Of a stretch of DNA of 55,189 bases, positions 1 through 8,899 are shown piece after piece. The stretch covers positions 1-55,189 of the IMG/VR virus record IMGVR_UViG_3300025066_002456. The stretch is one strand, 5' to 3'. Position 1 is the stretch's first letter. Every line of letters starts with the position of its first letter. This DNA is from a virus (Duplodnaviria; Caudoviricetes). A model generated the notes under the pieces. The model did not search any database. It was given only the letters and a program-made list of their open reading frames with translations, and was not told the DNA's origin. The position numbers and the translations under genes are program-made.

Positions 1-1553
1 ATAAGTTGTTCGCCTCCGTCCATCGCCATGGCGGCCGCGTTGCCTGCGACGGGGCCCTCGCTCCAAGCAATCGCGAGGGCCTCTGTGGCGTCGAGCCCGG
101 GGTCATCCTCGGGTGCAGAGGCGCCGAGCCAGGCCTGCGACAGCTTAATTATTGGGTCTTGGTCAAAAAGAATAGGAAAAATTTTAGAATTATTAAATAA
201 AAACTCTCTCTTATCAATATAAAAAACGCCGCGTGAAGATCCGTGCATATCACGCGTTAAATATAATTTCGAAAATTCTGAGTCGTTATCATAGTATGAG
301 ACACCAGTTGAATTATAGTGGGCCTCCTTGCCGCCTGAGCCGGCGCCAAATTTGCTAAGATACTTACGAGTCTCTTTTTGGAAAGGCGACAAGAACATAT
401 TAATTGAACCTTGTACGTTCTGATCCAAAGCGAAAACTGGATTATCAACTCCCAAGCCCAGGAACCCATCATAATATTCAGTATTGCTGCTTCTAAAATC
501 TTGTATCTTATCATTCGGCACTTCACGCAATGCTAATTTAGGTTGATCAACTTCTGGCATATGTCTCTCACCTACCATCCAGCCACGATTTTCGCCAAAG
601 CCGCCGTCGCCCGAATAACCATCCGATGCAGGATTGTGTGTACTATGCAAATGAACAGAGCCCTCCCATGTTTCACCGCCTGGAATAGTGAAGGCCTCGC
701 GAGTTTGGGCCGGCTTTCCGTCTTTGAGAACTATTTCAGTGTTAACGGGGCCCTCAATAACATATCTTTCTAGTGTTTCTGATTGTCCAAAAACAGTGCT
801 AATATCTTCATATAAACCAGTTTCTAGAAAGAAATGTGGAACATGTAGCATAGAATAAAATAAAAATCCTAAATCCGGATTATCATTAACATTGTGCTTA
901 AAAGACTGCTGAAACGGTATAATATAATATGCCTCTCCATTTATTATTTCTTCTCTTACCTTCCCGCCAGTAGTCTCGGCGGCCTCTAGAAACTGACCAG
1001 AAAGTCCTTCTACAATAGAAGAGCCCTGTATTCTTAATGGTGGTGTATATAAGTCGTTATCAAAATCACTAGCTTCTGGAAAAATAGAACTTTCTATGCC
1101 GCGGCCATAATAGCCAGGCACTGCATCAGAAGACCCACCATAGAAACCAGCGTACCCCTCTATCTGCCATGAATCAACGGAAGACCTAGGTAAATACCCA
1201 TCTCCAAGATCCTGGTGAACAACATAAACATTTCCCGGGGACGTACGGATGATGGCGTCGCCAGCCTCGGCGCCGGCGGTGGGCTCATTACTGGCCAATA
1301 ATTTTTTAATATTGTTTGCACTTCTAAATGGTATGACCTCTATAAACATCGAATCATATATATTGGCACCTAAAATATTAAAGTTGTTTAACCAATTTGA
1401 ACTCTGTAAGGCTGCAGCTTTTTGATATAATTCAATATGTAGCGTTACCAACATATCCTCTGGGTTTTCCGGGTGGTTTTCTAAGACAACTTTCTTGCAA
1501 TATACATGAGGAAGTAAGCCACCACCGGTTATAGTATCTAATATAGCCGACAT
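1..1553 (-). CDS. Large hypothetical (probably virion/baseplate) protein, 5' part only; runs off the left edge
   Basis: Absent from the ORF track because there is no stop in the window. Hand translation from the ATG at 1553 (TAATG overlap with the upstream stop) stays open to position 1: MSAILDTITGGGLLPHVYCKKVVLE...WEGSVHLH...GWMVGERH...FSKLYLTRD... Confidence 0.85.
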   Translation of the reverse strand, partial: MSAILDTITGGGLLPHVYCKKVVLENHPENPEDMLVTLHIELYQKAAALQSSNWLNNFNILGANIYDSMFIEVIPFRSANNIKKLLASNEPTAGAEAGDAIIRTSPGNVYVVHQDLGDGYLPRSSVDSWQIEGYAGFYGGSSDAVPGYYGRGIESSIFPEASDFDNDLYTPPLRIQGSSIVEGLSGQFLEAAETTGGKVREEIINGEAYYIIPFQQSFKHNVNDNPDLGFLFYSMLHVPHFFLETGLYEDISTVFGQSETLERYVIEGPVNTEIVLKDGKPAQTREAFTIPGGETWEGSVHLHSTHNPASDGYSGDGGFGENRGWMVGERHMPEVDQPKLALREVPNDKIQDFRSSNTEYYDGFLGLGVDNPVFALDQNVQGSINMFLSPFQKETRKYLSKFGAGSGGKEAHYNSTGVSYYDNDSEFSKLYLTRDMHGSSRGVFYIDKREFLFNNSKIFPILFDQDPIIKLSQAWLGASAPEDDPGLDATEALAIAWSEGPVAGNAAAMAMDGGEQL

Positions 1554-2548
1554 TAACAAATTTCTCCTGGATCACTATCGATACCATTTTCGTATATATT
1601 AAATACTTTTCTCTTCTGTTTATTGAGAAGATCTTGACAGAATTGTGTTCTTGGATCTGCAAAGGCACCTAGAGTGTCATCAACCGGGTCTAACTTACAC
1701 AACAATTCATCGTCGATTTCATCGTCAATTTTTATATCAAAATAATATTCAGATTGTGTTATGTCTTCTTCTGGGTCGACTTCATCTATAAAATCCATTT
1801 CTTTTTCTGGATCATGCCGCACAGAAAAGGCTAGAGGCCTTAAAGTTTCAATAGTCTTGTCGCCTTGTATTTCTTCTTCTATTTCATACAGTTCTACATC
1901 ATAATTTTTTTTCTGAGAAAGACCATTAATCTCGCCTATTTTCATTAAAACGAACATATCCTCCTCTGTTGATGTAATAGCTATATCAGACAGCACTGGG
2001 CCGCCTTCGAACTCATCCTCCATGGAGGTGTCATCACTGATGTCTTCAAAATTAATGTATTTAACCTCTGTATGGCTATCCAGCTGGGGTATGAAAACAT
2101 TGTTGGTACCACCTGTTTTGTCGACTAAAGTCTGGTAATCAGTGGCTCCCGACAGGTACCCATTTAAAAAATGCACAGACCAAGATGGAGCGTATTCTGC
2201 ATTTGCATCGGAGACTCCAAGTGGTTGTATCAGGGTATAATTTTTTTCTGCCGTTTTTTGAAAAGAAGTCGGTGGCGTGCCTTCTAATAAAATCTTTGCA
2301 TAACTATTGCCAAATTCTTTCTCCAAAGGAGAAAAGCTTATTTGTGGTTTACAAGTTTGTGTAGTTTTGATTCTCGGCTCGGCGTCGTTTTGTTCTTCAG
2401 GAAGACCGGTCGTGCTAGAATTATATACTATATTATCATCAAAAAATGAATAATATACAGGTTTGAACCCCCCCTTAGATAATAAGTGGCGTCCAAATTG
2501 AGTAATTTTAAGATCTATCACTTCCTCTTTCTTGTTAAAAAATTCCAT
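1553..2548 (-). CDS. Hypothetical structural protein (331 aa), baseplate/tail-collar-like N-terminus
   Basis: TAATG-coupled on both sides. The N-terminal IDLKITQFGRHLLSKGGFKPVYYSFFDD resembles LT..G..LL starts of tail-collar/baseplate proteins. Acidic C-terminus. Confidence 0.6.
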   Translation of the reverse strand: MEFFNKKEEVIDLKITQFGRHLLSKGGFKPVYYSFFDDNIVYNSSTTGLPEEQNDAEPRIKTTQTCKPQISFSPLEKEFGNSYAKILLEGTPPTSFQKTAEKNYTLIQPLGVSDANAEYAPSWSVHFLNGYLSGATDYQTLVDKTGGTNNVFIPQLDSHTEVKYINFEDISDDTSMEDEFEGGPVLSDIAITSTEEDMFVLMKIGEINGLSQKKNYDVELYEIEEEIQGDKTIETLRPLAFSVRHDPEKEMDFIDEVDPEEDITQSEYYFDIKIDDEIDDELLCKLDPVDDTLGAFADPRTQFCQDLLNKQKRKVFNIYENGIDSDPGEIC

Positions 2549-5500
2549 TATTTTGTCACCCCAATTTCTATATCAATCTTGGCCGTTTCTATCAACGAAA
2601 AGTAGTCATAAGGCCAGTTGGCGCCGTACACTTCTTTAACTTTTATATTTTCTAATAAGCTGCCTCCCTGAAAAACAAGCCATGGATTGGGCCCAGTGTT
2701 GATATACTGGCTGTTCAAGACTGTGTGAATTTGTTTGGAACGGTATTCTTTAAAATCTTTGTTGCCGCGCTGCTTAACTTTAAAAACCATAAAGCGAAGA
2801 TTTTCATAAAACCCTTTTGCTCCTTCTTCTTTCAACCAGGTTGGTATTATACTTGATTGTTCATCACAATATTTTATAAATAAATCATTTTCAAGTGGGT
2901 TTCCACCATGCATTAAGGGGGGTGTCAAAAAGTTCTCTAGGCCCCTGTCGACGAGGTAATCGTTATCAAACCCACCGAGCGCGTCCATATCGAGGCCATC
3001 CGAGTTGCCGGGGAGGGGGTGTCCGCTTTCCTCGAAGGCCTTCATCGCCGCAGACAGCTCGTCGGCGTCTCCGGAGTACGTTTTCACCATATGTTCGAGG
3101 ACGTGGAGACCCGTCAGCTGGAGCTGGGCTCTATTTGTTCTATGATTTTTTGCCATAAATGGTACCCAAGAAGGCAGGCGATGGGCTCCAGCACCGGGCA
3201 TCGGCTTCGGGAAGACTGCGGTTCGACGGGTCGGGAAGACAGGCAGCTGCTCATCGGCCCTAGAAGCAAAACGAGCAGCTTTCGGCATTATACCTTGATA
3301 CATATCAACTAAATCCTGTTTATCGAATGTGTGCTTAAAAGGCATTATTACCATTTGAAACGGCTTCACTGTCCTATTGTGCACAAAATCAAACTCTGGA
3401 GGAAGCTGAAACCCTAAGTTATGGCTATAAGACAGATTAGCACTTCCTTCTGGATGAGGGGTTAAATCTCCTACAATCTGCTTTATCATGTTACCAACAT
3501 CAGTACCTAAGGCCGTATTTAAGTTGGCTTCAAAATTTTGTGAATTAGGTGCTCCATCTATATCATAACTCATCTTTGAGGCCTTCGGCAGGTGCGCAGG
3601 CCCGTGGGTGTCCCCCCTCTTGTAAGCGGGAATGTATTTTTTTGTCAACAATAAACTTAGCATTTGATTAAAGAGATCGTCTTGCACTGGCAAAAAATGT
3701 TTACCCGGTATTATTTCACGGGTACAGTATAATTGTTTTTGGCCGTACGCGGTTTCTTCAGAGAATTTTTGTTCAAAAGTGGCCTTGTTGCCGTCGTCGA
3801 GGTCGAGTTCCACAGTGACAGTGTGGCCATTAAGAACCTGTATCTTGTTATGAGGATTAAATACTATTGGCTCCTCTAAGTAAGGAATTATAACAATGGC
3901 TTCATGAACGTCCTTCTGCGAAGCTATTTGCCCTAACTTATATTCAGCTTTTCTAAATTCTAGGACATCACATAGAGACCCCGTTAGATGACCAGTGTCG
4001 GTTGCACTTGAAGTTGGGCTTCCCATTGTGTAGAACCCTTCGGTGTCGACACCTATCTCGTCAACAAACGTGGCGGACGGCTCATTCTCTTCTTCACTAC
4101 CAAGATATATATCTTTCACGGTCAGATAAAGGCCTTTTGTTATCTTTCCGCGGGCAGCATTATCGTTGAAGCCTAATTTATCATATATACTATTCATTGC
4201 AGCCATATCATAGGGGTCTGTGCCATATCCTCCCCAGAGGCCGCGGCCAGTAGTATAATCATGATATCTATTACTAACTAATTTATTAGAGTAAGCCGGC
4301 ATGTCATAGGCGTCGTTGTGAGCGTTCTTGCTGGCAAACTCTGTTACCGCAGACCATGAAGCGGAGAAGTCTAATATTGGACATGTCCACCATGGAGCAA
4401 CAAAAGAAGTGTAGCCCATGGTGTCTCCGGTCTCGATCTTGTATATGGGTATAGCCTTTGAAAATTCTAAACTGGCATCTACTTTCATCCTGGAACCGGC
4501 TCCTCGTGATACAGATGATGTGCCCGGGAGTGATAAGCATAGTCCGTCGAGATCGCCATGGGCGTTGCCGGTTATATAACTCTCATAATAAAAAGTGTTT
4601 TCCTTTCCTAAAGAAGAGAACCATACATCTTGATATTGGTCTGTAGTGTTAGCTGGTTCATATTTTAATATTTTGCTACTTGGACCGTAGAAATATGGTG
4701 GTGTGTATGCTTGATAAGCGGGGTCCTGCAAATTATAGTAAAAATACATTTCGTAATCATTTTGAGCTAATGTAACTTCATTGAAAAACAGCTGTTGATT
4801 AGCCTTGGAAAATGACGTGCCGGCCAAGGGTGTCTCGCGCGCGGTCGCGTTGTTGGCTGCCACAACTTCTATCGGAGGACCATATATATATCCTCTCATT
4901 GTGGATCCGTAAGCGCCAAGTCCGACATTCGTTGACGCGGTACCGGCGAGTCCGGCGCGGCGTGGGCCTTCACATATTATTTGATGATTCCCCATCTTTA
5001 AACCAATTTCCATAAAATATTTTTTATTTTCATCTAGAGTGGGTATCACATCAGTAATCGGCGCGGCTCTGTTAGGAGTAATAACTTGAAATTTTATACC
5101 TGCCGGCATGTTCATATCCACGGACTTCTCGGCGTCAGCTAAAAAGAAGTCCATCATCTCAGCTAGAAAGTTATTCATTGAGGAATTATAAATTAAAACT
5201 TTTGCGTTGTTCTCATAATGCGGCTGATTGAACCCGGCCTTGCCTAGTGTTTTAAAGATGGCGCCGGCATTGTCTGCGATCGCACCTGTGCCGGCATGGA
5301 GAGCATTGTTTAAACCACCTTCATGCCATGATCGTCCTTCAGCTGTTCTACGATCTAGGTCCACAAAATCAGAAGGTAGAAACAGGTTCCTATCTGCCAA
5401 GAGATTCATTTTGCCATCTAACAAACCGTATAAAGCTGCAAAGGGCAAACGATGTGAGGGGGCGTTTGCTAAGATTGATGGATAACATCTAGAGCTTCCC

Positions 5501-8500
5501 ATCATGTACGCACCACCATAATTAAAAGTAGAAGAAACAGCAGACGTCACGTTGTCTCCACTATAGAAGTCCGTAGGCATATAATAAACTGGCACATTTT
5601 GTTTGTTTATAATCCCAACGTCCTGCGCGTACATTGGCCAATCAACAGCAATGCCGGACTTGATAGAATTATATAATAGGCCCGGGCCAAAGAGGGGTTC
5701 TAGAAAAGTCTGCTTTATCATCGCCGCTTGTGTTCTTTGGTTTGGAACTCCGTAGCACGAGCCGCTTTGATAGCTGACTGCTAATGATGGATTATGATCA
5801 TGTGACCGCGGTGGACTACCTTGAAGAATTCGGCGGCCCGGGCCGGAGTCATGTAAGAAAGCTTCTGCAAATTGCGCCGCTAATTGTACTGTTCTAGTAA
5901 CAGGGTAAAATCCATCTCTAATGCGCATTTTTTTGATGGTGTTGGCCCTAAACGTAATCTTAGATGGGATAGTATTCTTACCATTTTTAAATCCCTCACC
6001 ATTGTCAAAGCTCATCAGATTGGAAAAAGCTTTAAGAGTGTCTGTTTCTCCGAATAAAGATGCAAATTTAGCTGCTTGTCGATCTCGGGCCCAGTGGTTT
6101 GTAGAAGAAGCGCCGTACTTCCCATAACTTCCAGTTTCTGTAACATCGAACAATGAAGAAGAGCCTTCGGGGTCAGATACATCTTTATATTTTAACAACT
6201 CGCTGGGTGTTGAAACTATCTTGTTTGTCCCGTTCTTATATTCGACATTGGTGCCGCCTAATTGATTTAAGCCCGAGGCCGGCAGATCTCCAGCCCACGC
6301 TTCTTCGCCGGCGGTGACTTGGTACACTTGAAGGGGGTGTTGGTTGCCGGCAAGGTTTTCCTGCATCCAAGCCGCCAGCTCGGGATTGTACGTCGCAGTG
6401 AAGTAATCGCTATCTCTTATGCTTATGACGTTTCTTAAACTAGAAAGAGTGCCGGTTCGTGACCCGTCATTGAGAAATTCTCTAGCGTTGGCGTCCTCTG
6501 CAGCAGCTGCCGTATAAGTTCTCTCAGCGCCGTCTGTGGCTCTAAGTGTTATCGTTTGTCCATTAATCAGATTATTAAGATTAGTTATATGTATCCTGTA
6601 CCTTCCTGGCTTGTCTGCAACAATTGCTGCGTTTTTTACATAATCATTTTGTGCACTAGACGTAACAACGGCGCCGTGGATCTCTAAAAAGTCAAACTTA
6701 TGAGAACTATAATTCAAAGGGTTCTGGTCGGTGTCATCAGCTAAGGTTGGTAAAAAAAGCTTCACTTGATTGTCTGTAAACACAACTTGCTTATAGTTTT
6801 GCACTTCAAAAAGTCCGATATCTCGTCGCATTTGACTCATAATCCTAGGTGCTTCACCAGATGAAGTAAAGTACTCTTCTAGGTGATCCGACGCGTTATA
6901 TTCAGGTATGATCGTGTAATCTCTACCAAGATGTTTGAGTTCGTTACCAATAAATGCATTATAAGAATTATGATATGGATCAACTCCTCGTATTTTGTCT
7001 GTAGCATAAAATGGCGAGTTATATGGAAAAGTATGTCGCAAATATTGTGGTGAAGCTTTGCCCATACCGTAACCATCTAGGTTCGTCTCCGCGCTGCCTG
7101 TTCTATAAAAGAACAAAGTTGGTTTTGTGCTATAAACTAGTTCACCGGCTGAGCCAGTGTTAAGATTGTATATACTCGAAGTAATAACTGTGGGCTTCTT
7201 GGTTGCCGCGTTATCTTCGCCCAACTCACTAACATAAGAGCCGGTTTTACTAAAATAAGGATAGCCGGCGCGATGAGGAGTAAGCCCTATATGGGTGCCG
7301 CGGCCGCCAATGCTAGATGTTAGATAAACTGGCCTCTCATATATATCCTGGCGTGGGTCTAGTGGCCACATACTCAAGGCGCTTAATTCATATGGCTGAT
7401 ATGATTCTAATTGAATAAAAGCACCGTATGGCTGTATACCGGGGATTTCTCCCAAGTCTACTTCTGAACCCGTCATAACGTTGTGTTGACTTGCAACAAC
7501 ACCGTTCATCGAAAAAGTAACACGGTTATTCCAGGGGGTGTCACCGACCAGCGTGTCAAAAAGCTGCCTAGAGCCCGTGTTCATTAAAGCAGCTGCTGAG
7601 GCGGTCCAATAACTAGACACAGAAGATGTAAGCACTGTAGTGTTTGTATCAGCGTTCTTATATCTAGTATCTTCTGGTTCAGATCCATAAAACGGTACCG
7701 TATCGTTAATAAAAAGAGAATTTTTTGCAGCGCCGTCGGTGCGCATCCTAGTTATCCCATTAGACACGGCGGATGCAGCGCCGCCGCCCTGTTGGTCCCT
7801 CCAAAAACTTATTCTTTTTCCAGGCTTTTTATCATACATTTTTGAGCCGGATGGGATTAGGTCGGAGGACATATTTGCCATAGAAGAAGCTTCTTCGTAA
7901 TTGTCTCTTTTTAATTTATAGGGCCTATATGCATTAATACTTCTAGGATATAGTCTTTCTGAATATACAAAGGCAGAGGCGAGCTTACCTGTGGCATCCT
8001 TAAAAAATAAATATTGCTCATGTTTTAATTTTCTCTGAGGCACGTCACCCGGTTTTGAGCCTGTAAGTGGGTCTCCAGAAGATATTCTTAGCGTTGCATT
8101 CATTTCAGGATTAGAAAAAAATGACACTTCATTAACCAGAGACTGACGTACGACCATCGAGGTACCCACCATATAAGTAAGGGGCTTGTATTTGGTTACC
8201 AACACTGGCTCATAAAATTGTTTTAAATTAATATTGCTATTATATAATCTATTTAAGTGTTCAGAAGAATCAGGGTTCTCGACGACATAATTAGCTCCAA
8301 TCCACCTACTTACTGGTATTGCAAACTTATCCGGACCATATAAACTTTCTATTTTTTGTGATGCCTCGGCTGAGTGAAGTTCCCTTGTTACTTCTTCATA
8401 CCTCTGTGTAGTACTGGCATTAGCTAATGTATTAGGTATTGGATTATTAATATCAATTGAAATTAGATTATTTCTTTTATAATATCTAGCTAGAGGATGT

Positions 8501-8862
8501 TGGCCTCCTCTCCAGTGTTTCCACATAGGGTGCCCATACGGACCATTGCGATGCAGAAGAAGGGCGTTTAATATTCCCGCATCGCCTGGTTGGTCACTTG
8601 TGTTAGCAACTACATGAGTAATAAGACCGCCTTTATAATTAAAATCTGTTGTGGAATTCCATATTTGATTTTCATACCCTAGAGTATTTTCGCTAGAAGA
8701 CAGTGGTTCGTTTATATTTGTATTTAAACCAACAAAATCATCTGGTATAAAATCGTAGTTGGCGCCCTGACCCTGGGTGATGCCGCGGCGGCGCCCGGAG
8801 CCGACTTTGTAACTACCCAGATTGCTAGCACTTATAAAATTTAATGATCCGCTTATTGCCAT
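2548..8862 (-). CDS. Large virion structural protein (2104 aa), function unknown
   Basis: Long ORF with GAGG SD, located in the baseplate module; rich in S/T/G with repeated [ST]GS. Confidence 0.65.
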   Translation of the reverse strand: MAISGSLNFISASNLGSYKVGSGRRRGITQGQGANYDFIPDDFVGLNTNINEPLSSSENTLGYENQIWNSTTDFNYKGGLITHVVANTSDQPGDAGILNALLLHRNGPYGHPMWKHWRGGQHPLARYYKRNNLISIDINNPIPNTLANASTTQRYEEVTRELHSAEASQKIESLYGPDKFAIPVSRWIGANYVVENPDSSEHLNRLYNSNINLKQFYEPVLVTKYKPLTYMVGTSMVVRQSLVNEVSFFSNPEMNATLRISSGDPLTGSKPGDVPQRKLKHEQYLFFKDATGKLASAFVYSERLYPRSINAYRPYKLKRDNYEEASSMANMSSDLIPSGSKMYDKKPGKRISFWRDQQGGGAASAVSNGITRMRTDGAAKNSLFINDTVPFYGSEPEDTRYKNADTNTTVLTSSVSSYWTASAAALMNTGSRQLFDTLVGDTPWNNRVTFSMNGVVASQHNVMTGSEVDLGEIPGIQPYGAFIQLESYQPYELSALSMWPLDPRQDIYERPVYLTSSIGGRGTHIGLTPHRAGYPYFSKTGSYVSELGEDNAATKKPTVITSSIYNLNTGSAGELVYSTKPTLFFYRTGSAETNLDGYGMGKASPQYLRHTFPYNSPFYATDKIRGVDPYHNSYNAFIGNELKHLGRDYTIIPEYNASDHLEEYFTSSGEAPRIMSQMRRDIGLFEVQNYKQVVFTDNQVKLFLPTLADDTDQNPLNYSSHKFDFLEIHGAVVTSSAQNDYVKNAAIVADKPGRYRIHITNLNNLINGQTITLRATDGAERTYTAAAAEDANAREFLNDGSRTGTLSSLRNVISIRDSDYFTATYNPELAAWMQENLAGNQHPLQVYQVTAGEEAWAGDLPASGLNQLGGTNVEYKNGTNKIVSTPSELLKYKDVSDPEGSSSLFDVTETGSYGKYGASSTNHWARDRQAAKFASLFGETDTLKAFSNLMSFDNGEGFKNGKNTIPSKITFRANTIKKMRIRDGFYPVTRTVQLAAQFAEAFLHDSGPGRRILQGSPPRSHDHNPSLAVSYQSGSCYGVPNQRTQAAMIKQTFLEPLFGPGLLYNSIKSGIAVDWPMYAQDVGIINKQNVPVYYMPTDFYSGDNVTSAVSSTFNYGGAYMMGSSRCYPSILANAPSHRLPFAALYGLLDGKMNLLADRNLFLPSDFVDLDRRTAEGRSWHEGGLNNALHAGTGAIADNAGAIFKTLGKAGFNQPHYENNAKVLIYNSSMNNFLAEMMDFFLADAEKSVDMNMPAGIKFQVITPNRAAPITDVIPTLDENKKYFMEIGLKMGNHQIICEGPRRAGLAGTASTNVGLGAYGSTMRGYIYGPPIEVVAANNATARETPLAGTSFSKANQQLFFNEVTLAQNDYEMYFYYNLQDPAYQAYTPPYFYGPSSKILKYEPANTTDQYQDVWFSSLGKENTFYYESYITGNAHGDLDGLCLSLPGTSSVSRGAGSRMKVDASLEFSKAIPIYKIETGDTMGYTSFVAPWWTCPILDFSASWSAVTEFASKNAHNDAYDMPAYSNKLVSNRYHDYTTGRGLWGGYGTDPYDMAAMNSIYDKLGFNDNAARGKITKGLYLTVKDIYLGSEEENEPSATFVDEIGVDTEGFYTMGSPTSSATDTGHLTGSLCDVLEFRKAEYKLGQIASQKDVHEAIVIIPYLEEPIVFNPHNKIQVLNGHTVTVELDLDDGNKATFEQKFSEETAYGQKQLYCTREIIPGKHFLPVQDDLFNQMLSLLLTKKYIPAYKRGDTHGPAHLPKASKMSYDIDGAPNSQNFEANLNTALGTDVGNMIKQIVGDLTPHPEGSANLSYSHNLGFQLPPEFDFVHNRTVKPFQMVIMPFKHTFDKQDLVDMYQGIMPKAARFASRADEQLPVFPTRRTAVFPKPMPGAGAHRLPSWVPFMAKNHRTNRAQLQLTGLHVLEHMVKTYSGDADELSAAMKAFEESGHPLPGNSDGLDMDALGGFDNDYLVDRGLENFLTPPLMHGGNPLENDLFIKYCDEQSSIIPTWLKEEGAKGFYENLRFMVFKVKQRGNKDFKEYRSKQIHTVLNSQYINTGPNPWLVFQGGSLLENIKVKEVYGANWPYDYFSLIETAKIDIEIGVTK

Positions 8863-8899
8863 TTTTTACCTCAATCCTTCCATATAATTAGATTATACC

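Noticed and set aside
8863-8899. Candidate late promoter CTAATTAT (with CTAGTTA at about 52447 and ATAATTA at about 14760)
   Set aside because: Too few, non-identical instances in AT-rich DNA to support a motif; genome-wide motif discovery is needed
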